From Candidatus Sulfotelmatobacter sp. (lineage in GTDB: Bacteria; Acidobacteriota; Terriglobia; Terriglobales; Acidobacteriaceae): 64,000 bases of DNA. Both the position numbers and the translations under genes were made by a program. Positions 6,004 to 15,833 of the stretch are shown one piece after another (the stretch's first letter is position 1; every line of letters starts with the position of its first letter). The stretch lies in the NCBI GenBank assembly GCA_035710825.1, contig DASTCU010000219.1, positions 2,134-66,133 on the forward strand, in the 5' to 3' direction. The notes under the pieces were generated by a model, which was not told where the DNA came from, did not search any database, and was given only the letters and a program-made list of their open reading frames with translations.

Positions 6004-8205
6004 TTATTTTAAACTCGCCTGGGAGGCCTGCATGGCACAACCACCAGGCCCGCCGCTTAAACACGATTGATTTGCCAGAGTGCTGAAGTATACCTGAGAA
6101 GCTCCCGCTAGAGTGCCGGAAGGGACCACGTTATCCATGATAATGCTGCTCGCTCCACCGCTGGCTTGCAAACCATTGACGGACATCGTGCCGCCGTTGA
6201 TCCAGGTCACCGTGCCGTCCACGGTGGTTCCACCTGGCGTAGTAGACCATGCCGGGGTGGTTGCCCCTGATGTTCCGGCTGTGCCCACAATTTCGACGTT
6301 GCCTTTCGAGTCTAGAATGAGAGTGGTGGAGGTGTACGCGGTGCTCGCGGCCCAAGCTGCTAGGGGCACGGCTGTAAGTGTCCCCTGATCCAGCCACGTC
6401 ACAGAGCCGTCGCTGACACTCGATCCTGCCGTGTTAGTCCAAGTGGGCGCGGTCGCAGCAGAAGTCCCGGCCTTGGTGACCACTTCAATGTGGAGCTTCG
6501 GGCTCAGGATCTGGTGGCCAACGACATAGGAATTGCTCGCCTGCCAGGGGGTCACGATAAAGCTCTCGACACACCCTTTGGAGGCGCAGGCCGCCGTCCG
6601 TCCGTGATTCGCAGGACTGAAAAAAATTCGTTCTTCCAGTCCTCCGGCAGCGTTCGGGTTCGAGACATCGGTAACTGTCGAACAAGAGTCTGTAGAGCCT
6701 GTCGTAGTTACCGTGCTCATGCTGGTGCCGGTGGCGGGAATGACCCCTGCGGCAATTGCAATTTGGTACATCGTTGGATTTGCGGCGGTATTGCCACAAA
6801 CATAGAGGTTGCCCGTAGCGTTTTTGGAAGCATAATACGCATTATCGAAAGCACCGGCATACAGGAAGTTCGGAGTTGCACTGCTGACACCGACTTGAGT
6901 TTCCGTTCCGGAACTGCCGGATGTAAACGTCGTACCCAACTGATACACGGCAGCGCATCCGTTCCCCCCACAACCGCCGCTGCCGTCATTCGACGAGAAG
7001 ACGTAAACTTTCTGGGAGGTGCTATCGACGATCGGTCCGTCTGCACTGAGCCCGGCGCCATGATCTATTTGGTGAGACACCGTGGCCGTACCGGTTGTGG
7101 CATTAACGCGTTCCAGAAATCCACCAGCATCGCCGACGAAAACATTCTGAGTCACATTGTCGAGAATAGGACTGGTAAGAGCGGTGTGATTACTAACATT
7201 CGCCTGAACCGGCCAAGGAGATCCCACTTCTGCTGGTGTTCCGTTTGTGAAGAATGGACTATATTTATGCAACAATCCTAGATTGTCGCCGACATAAGCT
7301 GTGTCGGTATCGAAGTCATACATGATTGAGGACGTCGTGTCGTTGGTCTGGGCTCCTACACCAGTGGCGCTGGTGCGCAGGAAGAATGCGGTCATGCAAG
7401 GAGCTGTGCAAGTGGGATAGGTCGCTGCGGTTTTGTAGGTAGGTGCGATTGGACTGGCAAGCGTTCCATTGTTCCCCTTCCACTTCAGCAAGACCACGTA
7501 TCCGTGAGAACCATCGGTCTGAACAAAGGCGATCTGTGAGCCGTCCAGTGAGATAACCGGGGAAGTCTTAACTGTTCCCGCAATGTTCCCCGGAAGTGTG
7601 GTGTTATATGCCCAATAGAGCGTAGGCACCGCACCAAACGCGGAGCATCCCGAATACAGATTGTCGTAGGCGAGGATGCTGGGCTTGGTGGTCGAGCTTA
7701 GCAGGCCGGTATTGAAGACCACAAAATCCGGACTCGCGACATTACTACAGGTCGCCTTGGTAATACTGAAAGAATATTTCAGAGGATAATTGCCTGCCCC
7801 GACGGTGGCACCGGAGCCCATGTTTTGCGACCAAAGGCCGCTACTGGAGGGCGCGGAAGAATCGTCCGAAGTGGCAAGGTAAGATCGCGAATCGGGATTC
7901 GAAACGTCCTCCTCCGGGGAAAGCACACGAACCATGTTGCGGCGGACAAACTGCTGCCAGTACCGCGTATTGTGGATCACGCGTGTAACCTGCTCGGGGG
8001 TGGTGGGCTGTGAAAAGATAACGTGGCCGTGACTCCAATCCGTAGGCAGGCCGTGCTCATAAGGCCTAGCAGCTTGGAGACTCAGAATCCAGCCCAACGT
8101 GACCAGCGCTACTAAGGCTCCACCAATCCTGACGAATCGCGCGGCAGTACCATTCATTATTCTCGACTCCATGGTTCGCAAGGTGCAGAGATTTGCGGGC
8201 AGCAC
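6004..8205 (-). CDS. secreted or membrane-anchored protein of unknown function (Ser/Thr/Gly-rich, beta-propeller-like middle part, repeated C-terminal modules)
   Basis: 733-aa ORF (GTG start) with an N-terminal hydrophobic anchor FVRIGGALVALVTLGWILSL. Alternative ATG starts lie at 8172 and 8157. I recognised no catalytic motif. Confidence 0.6.
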   Translation of the reverse strand: MLPANLCTLRTMESRIMNGTAARFVRIGGALVALVTLGWILSLQAARPYEHGLPTDWSHGHVIFSQPTTPEQVTRVIHNTRYWQQFVRRNMVRVLSPEEDVSNPDSRSYLATSDDSSAPSSSGLWSQNMGSGATVGAGNYPLKYSFSITKATCSNVASPDFVVFNTGLLSSTTKPSILAYDNLYSGCSAFGAVPTLYWAYNTTLPGNIAGTVKTSPVISLDGSQIAFVQTDGSHGYVVLLKWKGNNGTLASPIAPTYKTAATYPTCTAPCMTAFFLRTSATGVGAQTNDTTSSIMYDFDTDTAYVGDNLGLLHKYSPFFTNGTPAEVGSPWPVQANVSNHTALTSPILDNVTQNVFVGDAGGFLERVNATTGTATVSHQIDHGAGLSADGPIVDSTSQKVYVFSSNDGSGGCGGNGCAAVYQLGTTFTSGSSGTETQVGVSSATPNFLYAGAFDNAYYASKNATGNLYVCGNTAANPTMYQIAIAAGVIPATGTSMSTVTTTGSTDSCSTVTDVSNPNAAGGLEERIFFSPANHGRTAACASKGCVESFIVTPWQASNSYVVGHQILSPKLHIEVVTKAGTSAATAPTWTNTAGSSVSDGSVTWLDQGTLTAVPLAAWAASTAYTSTTLILDSKGNVEIVGTAGTSGATTPAWSTTPGGTTVDGTVTWINGGTMSVNGLQASGGASSIIMDNVVPSGTLAGASQVYFSTLANQSCLSGGPGGCAMQASQASLK
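6190..6552 (-). repeat. two tandem ~60-aa protein repeats within the 6004..8205 gene
   Basis: TPWQASNSYVVGHQILSPKLHIEVVTKAGTSAATAPTWTNTAGSSVSDGSVTWLDQG aligns with AAWAASTAYTSTTLILDSKGNVEIVGTAGTSGATTPAWSTTPGGTTVDGTVTWINGG. Confidence 0.7.
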
Positions 8206-8627
8206 TCAAGGAACATTCCCGCCGTGCATACGTCCAAACTTTTGGAACGAGCCAGTCTTCCGCAACTTATAAAATCGATCTGTCGCCGATGGCAGCTGGA
8301 CGCGGATTCCATCGATTGGCTGGAATGGGCGAGATTCTACTCTTTCTTGGGAGAGCAAGCAAACTAGTTTTGCGGCAAGTCCCGCGACTGGCGGCCAATC
8401 CAGTGAACGCAGCCAGCCTTTTGTCGTCCCTTTATGCAAATCTGGCGAGCCGAGGGTCACGGCGACGGACGAAAGACGAGCTGTCTGGTGTACTTTCAAT
8501 GCTGAAAAATTAAACACCGTTCGCGAATTCGGTCGCACACCGTACAATGGTGAAACCCTTCTGACCGCGACGTCATCAGGACATGGCAAAATTGGGATCG
8601 AGTCCCAGGGAGGCTTAGTAAAACGAT

Positions 8628-11315
8628 TTGGACGCGTACGAGGTAGCTGGGGATATGGATCAAGGCGTGCGTGCGAGTGAAGTCAATAACGTGCTCTCGC
8701 TGGAGGAAATATCAAACCTTGCGGCGGAAGGCGGTCAATCGGCGGAAACGCTGATGAACGTCGTCGCGCTCATCGCCAAACGGTTTCATACGGATGTTTG
8801 TTCGGCATATTTGCTGGAACCGGATCGGGCCAATCTTGTGTTGGCCGCCACCGTCGGGCTGCGCCGTGAATGCGTGGGCAATCTGCGGATGGCGGTGCAC
8901 GAGGGCCTGACCGGGCTCGTCGCTGAGCAGGTACAGCCGGTTTCTGTGAGCCAGGTCAAGAATCATCCGCGGTTTAAATATTTTCGTGACGCCGGCGAAG
9001 ATGCTTATCAGTCATTCCTGGGCGTGCCCCTGGTCGATCGCGGAATCCTGCAGGGTGTTCTCGTCGTGCAAACTGTGGAAGCTCGCGTCTTCAGTGCGGA
9101 AGATATCCGCATGCTGACCGAAGCCGCCACCCAGGTTGCGCCCGTAGTCAGCGAGGCGCGCACGTTAGACCGCTTCATCGCGCCACTGCAGGAACGATTG
9201 TGGGCCCTGGCGCGCAATTTGTGGTGGAGCTGGGACCATAACGCGCAGAGCCTTTTCCTCGATCTGGATCCCGCGCGCTGGAGCGAACTGAACCACAATC
9301 CCGTGGCTCTGCTGACTGAAATTCCGCTGGCCAAGCTGGAAACCCGAGCTAACGAACTGATGCTGCATAGCCGCGTGAACTATGCCTACCGGCGCATGCT
9401 GGAATACCTCGAAGATGACCATACCTGGGGAACTCGGCACGCGGGTGTCCTGCGGCCGCATCCGGTGGCGTATTTTTCGGCAGAGTTTGGGTTGCATGAA
9501 TCCCTTCCAGTGTATTCCGGCGGACTGGGCGTGTTGGCGGGCGATCACATCAAGAGCGCTTCTGATCTCGACATTCCGCTAGTCGGCATAGGACTGTTCT
9601 ACGGACAAGGTTATTTCCGGCAGCGCCTTGATCAGGGGGGGTGGCAGCACGAGGAGTACCTCGAGACTGACGTCAATCAACTCCCCATGGAAGTGGCCAT
9701 CGGAAAAGATGGCCGGCCTGTCGTGGTAGAAATTGAGACCCGCAGCGGCCTGCTTCAGGCAAAAGTCTGGCGGGTGAAGGTGGGCCGGCGTGACCTGCTG
9801 CTGCTCGACTCGGACGTGGAAGGCAATGCGCCGGAAGATCGCGAGCTTACGTCGCGCTTGTACGGCGGAGATTTGCGCATCCGAATACGCCAGGAGTTGC
9901 TGCTGGGCGTTGGGGGCCTCCGGGCTCTGAAGGCTCTGGGAATCACTCCGGGTGTGCTTCACCTTAACGAAGGTCACAGCGGCTTTGCAGTGCTGGAAGC
10001 CATTCGCATGCGGATGGAAGATGAAGGAATCGGGTTTGACGCCGCCGTGCCGCGAGTATCGCGCGAGGTGGTTTTCACGACGCACACTCCGGTTCCAGCC
10101 GGACACGATCGATTCGACGCCAAGCTCGTCGAAGAGCACATCGGTCCGCTGCGTGAGGAATTGGGGCTTTCGCAGGAAAGCTTGCAGGGCCTCGGCCGCG
10201 AGAACACGAACAACTCCGAAGAAACGTTTTGCATGACGGTACTGGCGCTGCGGCTCTCGCGGCGGGCGAATGCGGTGTCTGCGCTGCATGGCGAAGTTTC
10301 GCGCGCCATGTGGACCGGGCTCTTTCGCGGCAAGCCTGAAGACGACGTCCCTATCGGGCACATCACCAACGGCGTCCACGTTCCTTCGTGGCTCGCGCCG
10401 CAGATGTTCCGTCTCTACGATCGTCATCTTGGAACCGATTGGCACCAGCGAGGCAGCGAGGCGAAGATCTGGCTGGGTATCGAGAATGTCGACGACGGCG
10501 AACTTTGGGAGACTCACCTCAATTTGAAGTCGCAACTGATCGAGTTCGTTCGCAAGCGAGCGGTGTCGCAGGCACAGCGGCGTGGGGAATCCCGCGAGGT
10601 ATTGCAGCGTTTGGAGCGGGTCCTCAGCCGGGACGCCTTAACCATTGGGTTCGCACGGCGCTTTGCAACTTACAAGCGCGCCAATCTCATTCTCAGCGAC
10701 ATCGAGCGACTGGCGTCGATGGTAAACGATCCCAACCGTCCCGTCCAATTCGTGTTTGCCGGCAAGGCGCATCCGCTCGATGAGCCGGGCAAGCGCGTGC
10801 TGCAGCAGATTGCGGAGTTGATGCGCGATCCCAAGTTCCGCGAGAAATTTGTCTTTGTCGAGGACTACGACATCAATGTCGGGCGGCATTTCGTGCAGGG
10901 CGTGGATGTATGGCTCAACAATCCGCGTCGCCCGCTCGAAGCTTCGGGCACGAGCGGCCAGAAAGTCGTACTGAACGGAGGACTGAATCTTTCCATTCTC
11001 GACGGTTGGTGGGCCGAGGCTTACGACGGCGTGAATGGCTTCGCTATTGGAACCGGGAAAACCCATTCCAACATGAGCGTTCACGATACGCGCGATGGCG
11101 AAGATCTGTTGCGGACTCTGCGCGACGAAGTGATTCCGCTTTACTACCAGCGCGATCGCGATGGGCTGCCCCGAGGCTGGATTAAGCGCATGAAGCGAAC
11201 CATCCGCACGCTGGGTTGGCGCTTCAATGCAGACCGCATGGTGATGGACTACACGCAGCAGTGTTATTTGCCCGCTGCGGGTGGAACTTCGAGCGAGATG
11301 CGATCCGGCTCGTAG
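8628..11315 (+). CDS. alpha-glucan phosphorylase (GT35 family) with N-terminal GAF domain
   Basis: Phosphorylase motifs: AYFSAEFGLHESLPVYSGGLGVLAGDHIKSASDL, TTHTPVPAGHD, FARRFATYKRANL, and the PLP-lysine region EASGTSGQKVVLNGG. The first ~170 aa look GAF-like (SAYLLEPDRANLVLAATVGL...FLGVPLVDRGILQGVLVVQ). The start is TTG 8628 or ATG 8655. Confidence 0.9.
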   Translation: MDAYEVAGDMDQGVRASEVNNVLSLEEISNLAAEGGQSAETLMNVVALIAKRFHTDVCSAYLLEPDRANLVLAATVGLRRECVGNLRMAVHEGLTGLVAEQVQPVSVSQVKNHPRFKYFRDAGEDAYQSFLGVPLVDRGILQGVLVVQTVEARVFSAEDIRMLTEAATQVAPVVSEARTLDRFIAPLQERLWALARNLWWSWDHNAQSLFLDLDPARWSELNHNPVALLTEIPLAKLETRANELMLHSRVNYAYRRMLEYLEDDHTWGTRHAGVLRPHPVAYFSAEFGLHESLPVYSGGLGVLAGDHIKSASDLDIPLVGIGLFYGQGYFRQRLDQGGWQHEEYLETDVNQLPMEVAIGKDGRPVVVEIETRSGLLQAKVWRVKVGRRDLLLLDSDVEGNAPEDRELTSRLYGGDLRIRIRQELLLGVGGLRALKALGITPGVLHLNEGHSGFAVLEAIRMRMEDEGIGFDAAVPRVSREVVFTTHTPVPAGHDRFDAKLVEEHIGPLREELGLSQESLQGLGRENTNNSEETFCMTVLALRLSRRANAVSALHGEVSRAMWTGLFRGKPEDDVPIGHITNGVHVPSWLAPQMFRLYDRHLGTDWHQRGSEAKIWLGIENVDDGELWETHLNLKSQLIEFVRKRAVSQAQRRGESREVLQRLERVLSRDALTIGFARRFATYKRANLILSDIERLASMVNDPNRPVQFVFAGKAHPLDEPGKRVLQQIAELMRDPKFREKFVFVEDYDINVGRHFVQGVDVWLNNPRRPLEASGTSGQKVVLNGGLNLSILDGWWAEAYDGVNGFAIGTGKTHSNMSVHDTRDGEDLLRTLRDEVIPLYYQRDRDGLPRGWIKRMKRTIRTLGWRFNADRMVMDYTQQCYLPAAGGTSSEMRSGS

Positions 11316-11373
11316 AGTCACGAGTTGGATGACTGAGTAATTGAATCAACAGCCCGTCGTTATTCATGTAGCT

Positions 11374-12924
11374 TCATTGTTCCGGAAGCGCCCACGCGAA
11401 CAGGACGCCGCCACTACTGGTGACGACGTATTGCCGGCTATCCAGTTCGTACGTGATCGGTGAACTTGTAATATGCGAACCGGAACCGGCGTGCCAGAGC
11501 GTTTTGCCATCCGTAGAGTCAAGGGCCAGGAAATTACCGTGAGCATCGCCGCTGAAGATGAGGCCGGAGTCCGTCGTAAGGATGCCTGCGCCTGATTCTT
11601 CGCCCAATTCGTGGCGCCATCGGATGTTGCCGGTCTGGTAATCGATTGCCTCGATCACCCCCGTGCCCCAAACGCCGTAGTCTGCCCCCGCCCAGCCGTA
11701 AACTCCATCGGCCGGCTTGGAAAAATAAACGCTCCAACTGGGGTGGGCACTCACCATGAACGAGCCAGTTTTTGTGTCGAAGCTGGGAGAGCGGTAATTG
11801 GTCATGCCGCCCTCGTCGGGTGCAATGAGCCGACCGTCGGGAGCTGGTTCCTTAGCCGGATTCGGAATGGGACGGCCTTGTTTATCCACTCCGAGCGTCC
11901 AGTTCACCGGACCGAATGGAACGGTAAGCAGACTCTTTCCGTTGGTGCGGTCGAGGACGAAGAAGTAGCCGTTACGGGAAGTCTGCATCAACATTTTGCG
12001 CGGCTTGCCATGGAAGTCTCCATCCACCAGCACGGGCGTCTCGACTGCATCCCAATCGTGCGTATCGTGCGGCGAGGGCTGGAATGACCAGACTAATTTC
12101 CCGGTGTCAGGATTGAGCGCGACGATGGAGCAAGTGTAGAGATCGTCGCCCGGGCGCTTGGAACCGTTCAGGACGGGAGTAGGGTTTCCAGTTCCCCAAT
12201 AGACAAGATGCAGATCGGGATCGTAGGTTCCCGTCATCCACGTCATCCCGCCGGTGGTTTGATTCGGAGTGCCCACTGGGGGCGTGGAATCCCACTGCCA
12301 CTGGGTCGTGCCGGTCTCTGGATCGATCGAGCGAAGAAAGCCGCTGAGGTTGTCAAAATCTCCAGAAACGCCGACCAGTACGTGGTTGCCCACAACCAGA
12401 GGCGCCATGCTCGTCCAGTAACCCTTGGTGACATCAGCCACTTCCACTTTCCACCGAATCATTCCATCTTTTGCGTTCAGGCAGATCAGGTGCGCATCGG
12501 GCGACAGAAAAAAGACAGACCCCTTGTACATCCCGACGCCCCGTTGACCGATGTGCTCGCCCTGGCTGCGTGGATAAGTGAACCGCCAGATCTGGTGCCC
12601 TGAGCGTGCGTCGACAGCCCAAACATTATCGGGGGCAGTGAAGTAGAGAACGCCATCAACCATCAACGGCGACGACTTGATTGGGATCGTCTGATTGGTC
12701 TGGAAGGACCATGCAAGAGCCAGGCCCTTCACGTTCTGCGGCGTGATTTGAGTGAGCGAACTGTGGCGGCGACCGGAGTAGTCGCCATGGTATCCGGGCC
12801 AACTGTTCGCAGGCGGATGCAGCAGCATTTGCTCGGCGGGTTCTTGAGCCCTTGTTATGGCGGAGACTCCCATGACCAGGAGCACGCTGACCGCAAACAT
12901 AAGTAGCCGTACTTTATTCATCAT
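11374..12924 (-). CDS. PQQ-dependent dehydrogenase family beta-propeller protein, secreted
   Basis: It has quinoprotein propeller motifs (WPGYHGDYSGRRHSSLTQI, SSPLMVDGVLYFTAPDNVWAVDARSGHQIWRF, repeated W-motifs) and the signal peptide MMNKVRLLMFAVSVLLVMGVSAITRA. The track ORF extends to 12966. Confidence 0.8.
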   Translation of the reverse strand: MMNKVRLLMFAVSVLLVMGVSAITRAQEPAEQMLLHPPANSWPGYHGDYSGRRHSSLTQITPQNVKGLALAWSFQTNQTIPIKSSPLMVDGVLYFTAPDNVWAVDARSGHQIWRFTYPRSQGEHIGQRGVGMYKGSVFFLSPDAHLICLNAKDGMIRWKVEVADVTKGYWTSMAPLVVGNHVLVGVSGDFDNLSGFLRSIDPETGTTQWQWDSTPPVGTPNQTTGGMTWMTGTYDPDLHLVYWGTGNPTPVLNGSKRPGDDLYTCSIVALNPDTGKLVWSFQPSPHDTHDWDAVETPVLVDGDFHGKPRKMLMQTSRNGYFFVLDRTNGKSLLTVPFGPVNWTLGVDKQGRPIPNPAKEPAPDGRLIAPDEGGMTNYRSPSFDTKTGSFMVSAHPSWSVYFSKPADGVYGWAGADYGVWGTGVIEAIDYQTGNIRWRHELGEESGAGILTTDSGLIFSGDAHGNFLALDSTDGKTLWHAGSGSHITSSPITYELDSRQYVVTSSGGVLFAWALPEQ

Positions 12925-12976
12925 GGATCGGAAATTCCTCAAACTTCTCAGGCACATGAGAGTCAAAGTTCGTCGT

Positions 12977-13807
12977 CTATTGCAGAGTTTGCAAATACGC
13001 CATCAGGTTATGGATGTCGGCATCGGTGTACTTGCTGAACTGTTCCGCGTGAGCAGTCACGGGCGCGTCGACTTTGAAATGCACATCTCGAGTGCGCCAG
13101 GATCGATAAGTCTCACTGGCATCGGTGAGCGCAACGGTGAACTCGTCGAGGTACGCCAGCGTGCCGGTGATGGCTTCGCCGGAAGCAAGAGTTACAGTGA
13201 CTTTTGATTTCGGGTGCTTGGGATAAAGCATCTGCTGTTCGAGTTCGAGTCCTTTATAGCGCGACGCGATGCCGGCAAGGTCACCGGTAGGGGAGTGGCA
13301 GGACGCACATCCGCCAGCGCCTTCGAAATATTTCTTGCCGGCTTCGGCGTTGCCAGTTTGCAGATCGGAGGGATCCACGCCCTTGCGTCCACCGCCGCGG
13401 CTGTGTTCGGCATTCTGCTGCGAGTGGATGAAGGCGACCAGGCTCGCGATCTGCTGATCAGAACGCTCGAAGGGCGGCATGCCCTTGTCAGGGCGGCCGT
13501 TGCGAATGACAGGGCCGATCTTGTCACCGTCAACGTCGGCTCTCACCACCCGGGAACGCGTGAGGTCGGGGCCGGTCTCGCCGCCAGTAGCATCGCGGCC
13601 ATGACAGAACGAGCAATCTTGCCGGAACTGAGCGGCCCCGCTCTGCACCAGTTCGGGCGGATAGGTCTTGGCCGGTGTGTTCTGCTGAACCGGGTTTCCT
13701 GGTGCCGGGTTTGGGGCGGAATTCTGCGCCGCCGCAACGGCCAGACCGCCAAAGCACGTGCTCGCCAAAAGCACGCCGGAACATACGCTTGATCGAAGGA
13801 CTCTCAT
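12977..13807 (-). CDS. dihaem c-type cytochrome
   Basis: It has two CxxCH haem-binding motifs (CSFCHG, CASCHS) and an N-terminal signal peptide. It lies immediately downstream of the PQQ dehydrogenase gene. Confidence 0.85.
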   Translation of the reverse strand: MRVLRSSVCSGVLLASTCFGGLAVAAAQNSAPNPAPGNPVQQNTPAKTYPPELVQSGAAQFRQDCSFCHGRDATGGETGPDLTRSRVVRADVDGDKIGPVIRNGRPDKGMPPFERSDQQIASLVAFIHSQQNAEHSRGGGRKGVDPSDLQTGNAEAGKKYFEGAGGCASCHSPTGDLAGIASRYKGLELEQQMLYPKHPKSKVTVTLASGEAITGTLAYLDEFTVALTDASETYRSWRTRDVHFKVDAPVTAHAEQFSKYTDADIHNLMAYLQTLQ

Positions 13808-13817
13808 GTCAGCAGCC

Positions 13818-14735
13818 TCAGTGACCTTCTCCGGACGTTTGCGGCCGCGGATGAGAAACCGTGCTGCCGTCTGTCATGCCTAGGGCCCAGCGAATCGCTT
13901 CAAAATACATTTTGCGGATATCCGGGTCGCTCCAACCTTCTTCGGTGTGGCCGAGCGTGGAATAGAAAACGCGGCCCTTGCCGTGCATCTTGGCCCAAGC
14001 CACGGCAAAGTCATGATCCGTGCGGTGAATGCGCGGGTTGTTTTCATAATTCAGTTTTGAAGGGTCAAGGCTGAGCAGCACATTTACCTTGTCGCGCGAC
14101 CATTCTTTGGGCTGATAGATCTCGTCATACTTCACGAAAGCGTGCGGAAAGTGGCGAACCGCGGGGAAATTCGCGTCTTCGTTAATGATGGGCGCGTTAA
14201 ACGTCATCCACGGATGCTGATCAAACCATCCGCCAATCATCTCTCCATATTCCGGCCACTTGTAGTTGGTATCGAGGGCGGCATGAACACCGACAAATCC
14301 TTTGCCGTCGTCCTTGATGAACGACATCATGTCTTTCTTCTGGCTTTCATCGAGGTCCAGTTCGCCGGTGGTGCTCACGAATACCAAAGCATCGAAATAG
14401 TCGAGGTTCTTGGCGTTTCTTTCCAAGCTCTTCTTTGTAATGAGCTCGGTGTCAGTGCGCAGCGTGGCCTCCCACAAACCGCTCTCGCGCCCCATGTTGT
14501 AGATGGCGACCATGCCCGGGGAAACCGAGTCGTGCTCGAAGCCCTTGGTCTGGCCGATCACCAGAATGTGCTTGAGGTGAATCTTCTTTTCGTGGGGCGG
14601 CGGGGGCGTGGAAGCAGCGATGCCAGCTTGATTCTGGGCGGCTGCGAGAGAGGTTAACAGCGACAACAGCAGACAAGGCAGCACAGCGAGTCGGTTTCGT
14701 CGCAAGGGAACTCCCCAAGAAATTAGATCTGACAA
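13818..14735 (-). CDS. ThuA-domain protein with signal peptide
   Basis: ThuA-like motifs FVGVHAALDT, GGWFDQHPW and GRVFYSTLGH. The N-terminal signal is LAVLPCLLLSLLTSLAAAQ. Confidence 0.85.
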   Translation of the reverse strand: MSDLISWGVPLRRNRLAVLPCLLLSLLTSLAAAQNQAGIAASTPPPPHEKKIHLKHILVIGQTKGFEHDSVSPGMVAIYNMGRESGLWEATLRTDTELITKKSLERNAKNLDYFDALVFVSTTGELDLDESQKKDMMSFIKDDGKGFVGVHAALDTNYKWPEYGEMIGGWFDQHPWMTFNAPIINEDANFPAVRHFPHAFVKYDEIYQPKEWSRDKVNVLLSLDPSKLNYENNPRIHRTDHDFAVAWAKMHGKGRVFYSTLGHTEEGWSDPDIRKMYFEAIRWALGMTDGSTVSHPRPQTSGEGH

Positions 14736-14852
14736 TTGTTGGCAATAAAGTTATCACAACGCACTGCTCGGGCGTGCCGCCCCGTCTGCGGTCGAAATCC
14801 AATCCAAAAGCTGCGATAGAATGACCCGATCATTTCAGGAGACCGAATCGCT

Positions 14853-15812
14853 ATGCGCGTTGGCGTCTTTACCCCATTACTCTCGAAGCTCCCGCTTGAC
14901 GCGGTTCTAAAAAAACTGGCGGAGCTTGATATCCATACCGTCGAGCTTGCGACCGGCAATTATGTGGGCGATGCACACTGCAAGCTGTCGATGCTCGAAG
15001 ATGCTTCTGCCCTGGTAAATTTCACGAAGGTCTTGAATGATCACGGGGTCAGCATCAGCGCTTTGAGTTGTCATGGCAATGCGCTGCACCCGAACAAGGA
15101 CTTGGGAAAGCAGCATCGCGACGTAAGCCGTAAGACCATTCTGCTGGCAGAAAAACTCGGCGTATCGGTTATGGTCGATTTTTCGGGATGCCCGGGAGAT
15201 TCGCCGAATGCTATCGCTCCGAACTGGATAACGTGCCCCTGGCCTCCAGATTTTCGGACCGTACTGGACTGGCAATGGAACGAGGTGGTCGCGCCTTACT
15301 GGATCGAGCACGCGAAGTTTGCCGCCGATCACGGCGTGAAAATCGCGGTCGAAATGCATCCCGGATTCGTGGTGTACAACCCGGAGAGCATGCTGCGTCT
15401 GCGTTCCATCGCGGGCAAGAATGTGGGTTGCAATTACGACCCGAGTCATCTTTTCTGGCAAAACATTGACCCAGTGGGTGCAGTCCGCGTGTTGCAGGAC
15501 GCGATCTTTCACGTCCATGCCAAGGACACGCAACTGTATCCGGCGAACCTGGTGCGTGCGGGCGTACTCGATACCAAGCCGTATACCGAGGAAAAGGACC
15601 GCAGCTGGATCTTCCGCACTTGCGGCTACGGGCATGGCGTCGAGTTTTGGAGCGAGTTGATTTCTACGCTGCGCATGTTCGGCTACGATCACGTGATTTC
15701 TATCGAGCACGAAGATACCCTGCTGTCCCCCGGCGAGGGGTTGACCAAGGCTGCGAATTTGCTCAATAGCATCGTGATCCGCGAGCAGCCGGCTGCTGCC
15801 TGGTGGTCTTAG
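14853..15812 (+). CDS. sugar phosphate isomerase/epimerase (xylose isomerase-like TIM barrel)
   Basis: AP-endonuclease-2/xylose-isomerase-like barrel motifs VEMHPGFVVYNPES, HVHAKD and ISIEHED. Confidence 0.85.
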   Translation: MRVGVFTPLLSKLPLDAVLKKLAELDIHTVELATGNYVGDAHCKLSMLEDASALVNFTKVLNDHGVSISALSCHGNALHPNKDLGKQHRDVSRKTILLAEKLGVSVMVDFSGCPGDSPNAIAPNWITCPWPPDFRTVLDWQWNEVVAPYWIEHAKFAADHGVKIAVEMHPGFVVYNPESMLRLRSIAGKNVGCNYDPSHLFWQNIDPVGAVRVLQDAIFHVHAKDTQLYPANLVRAGVLDTKPYTEEKDRSWIFRTCGYGHGVEFWSELISTLRMFGYDHVISIEHEDTLLSPGEGLTKAANLLNSIVIREQPAAAWWS

Positions 15813-15833
15813 CAAAACGCACAGGAACTGCAA

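Noticed and set aside
8193-8589. Track ORFs of 106 aa (+) and 127 aa (-) in the long intergenic region.
   Set aside because: They overlap each other on opposite strands, and have no motifs, no ribosome-binding sites, and Arg/Ser/Gly-rich compositions typical of random frames in GC-rich DNA.
9579-10535. Long antisense or alternative-frame ORFs inside well-supported genes: 105..632(-), 9579..10535(-), 14907..15833(-), 33587..34786(-), 48246..49178(+), 56001..56873(+), 57568..58782(+), and many shorter ones.
   Set aside because: Each lies opposite or out of frame to a gene with unmistakable family motifs. Their products are low-complexity Arg/Pro/Ala/Gly-rich sequences, as expected from stop-codon-poor GC-rich DNA.
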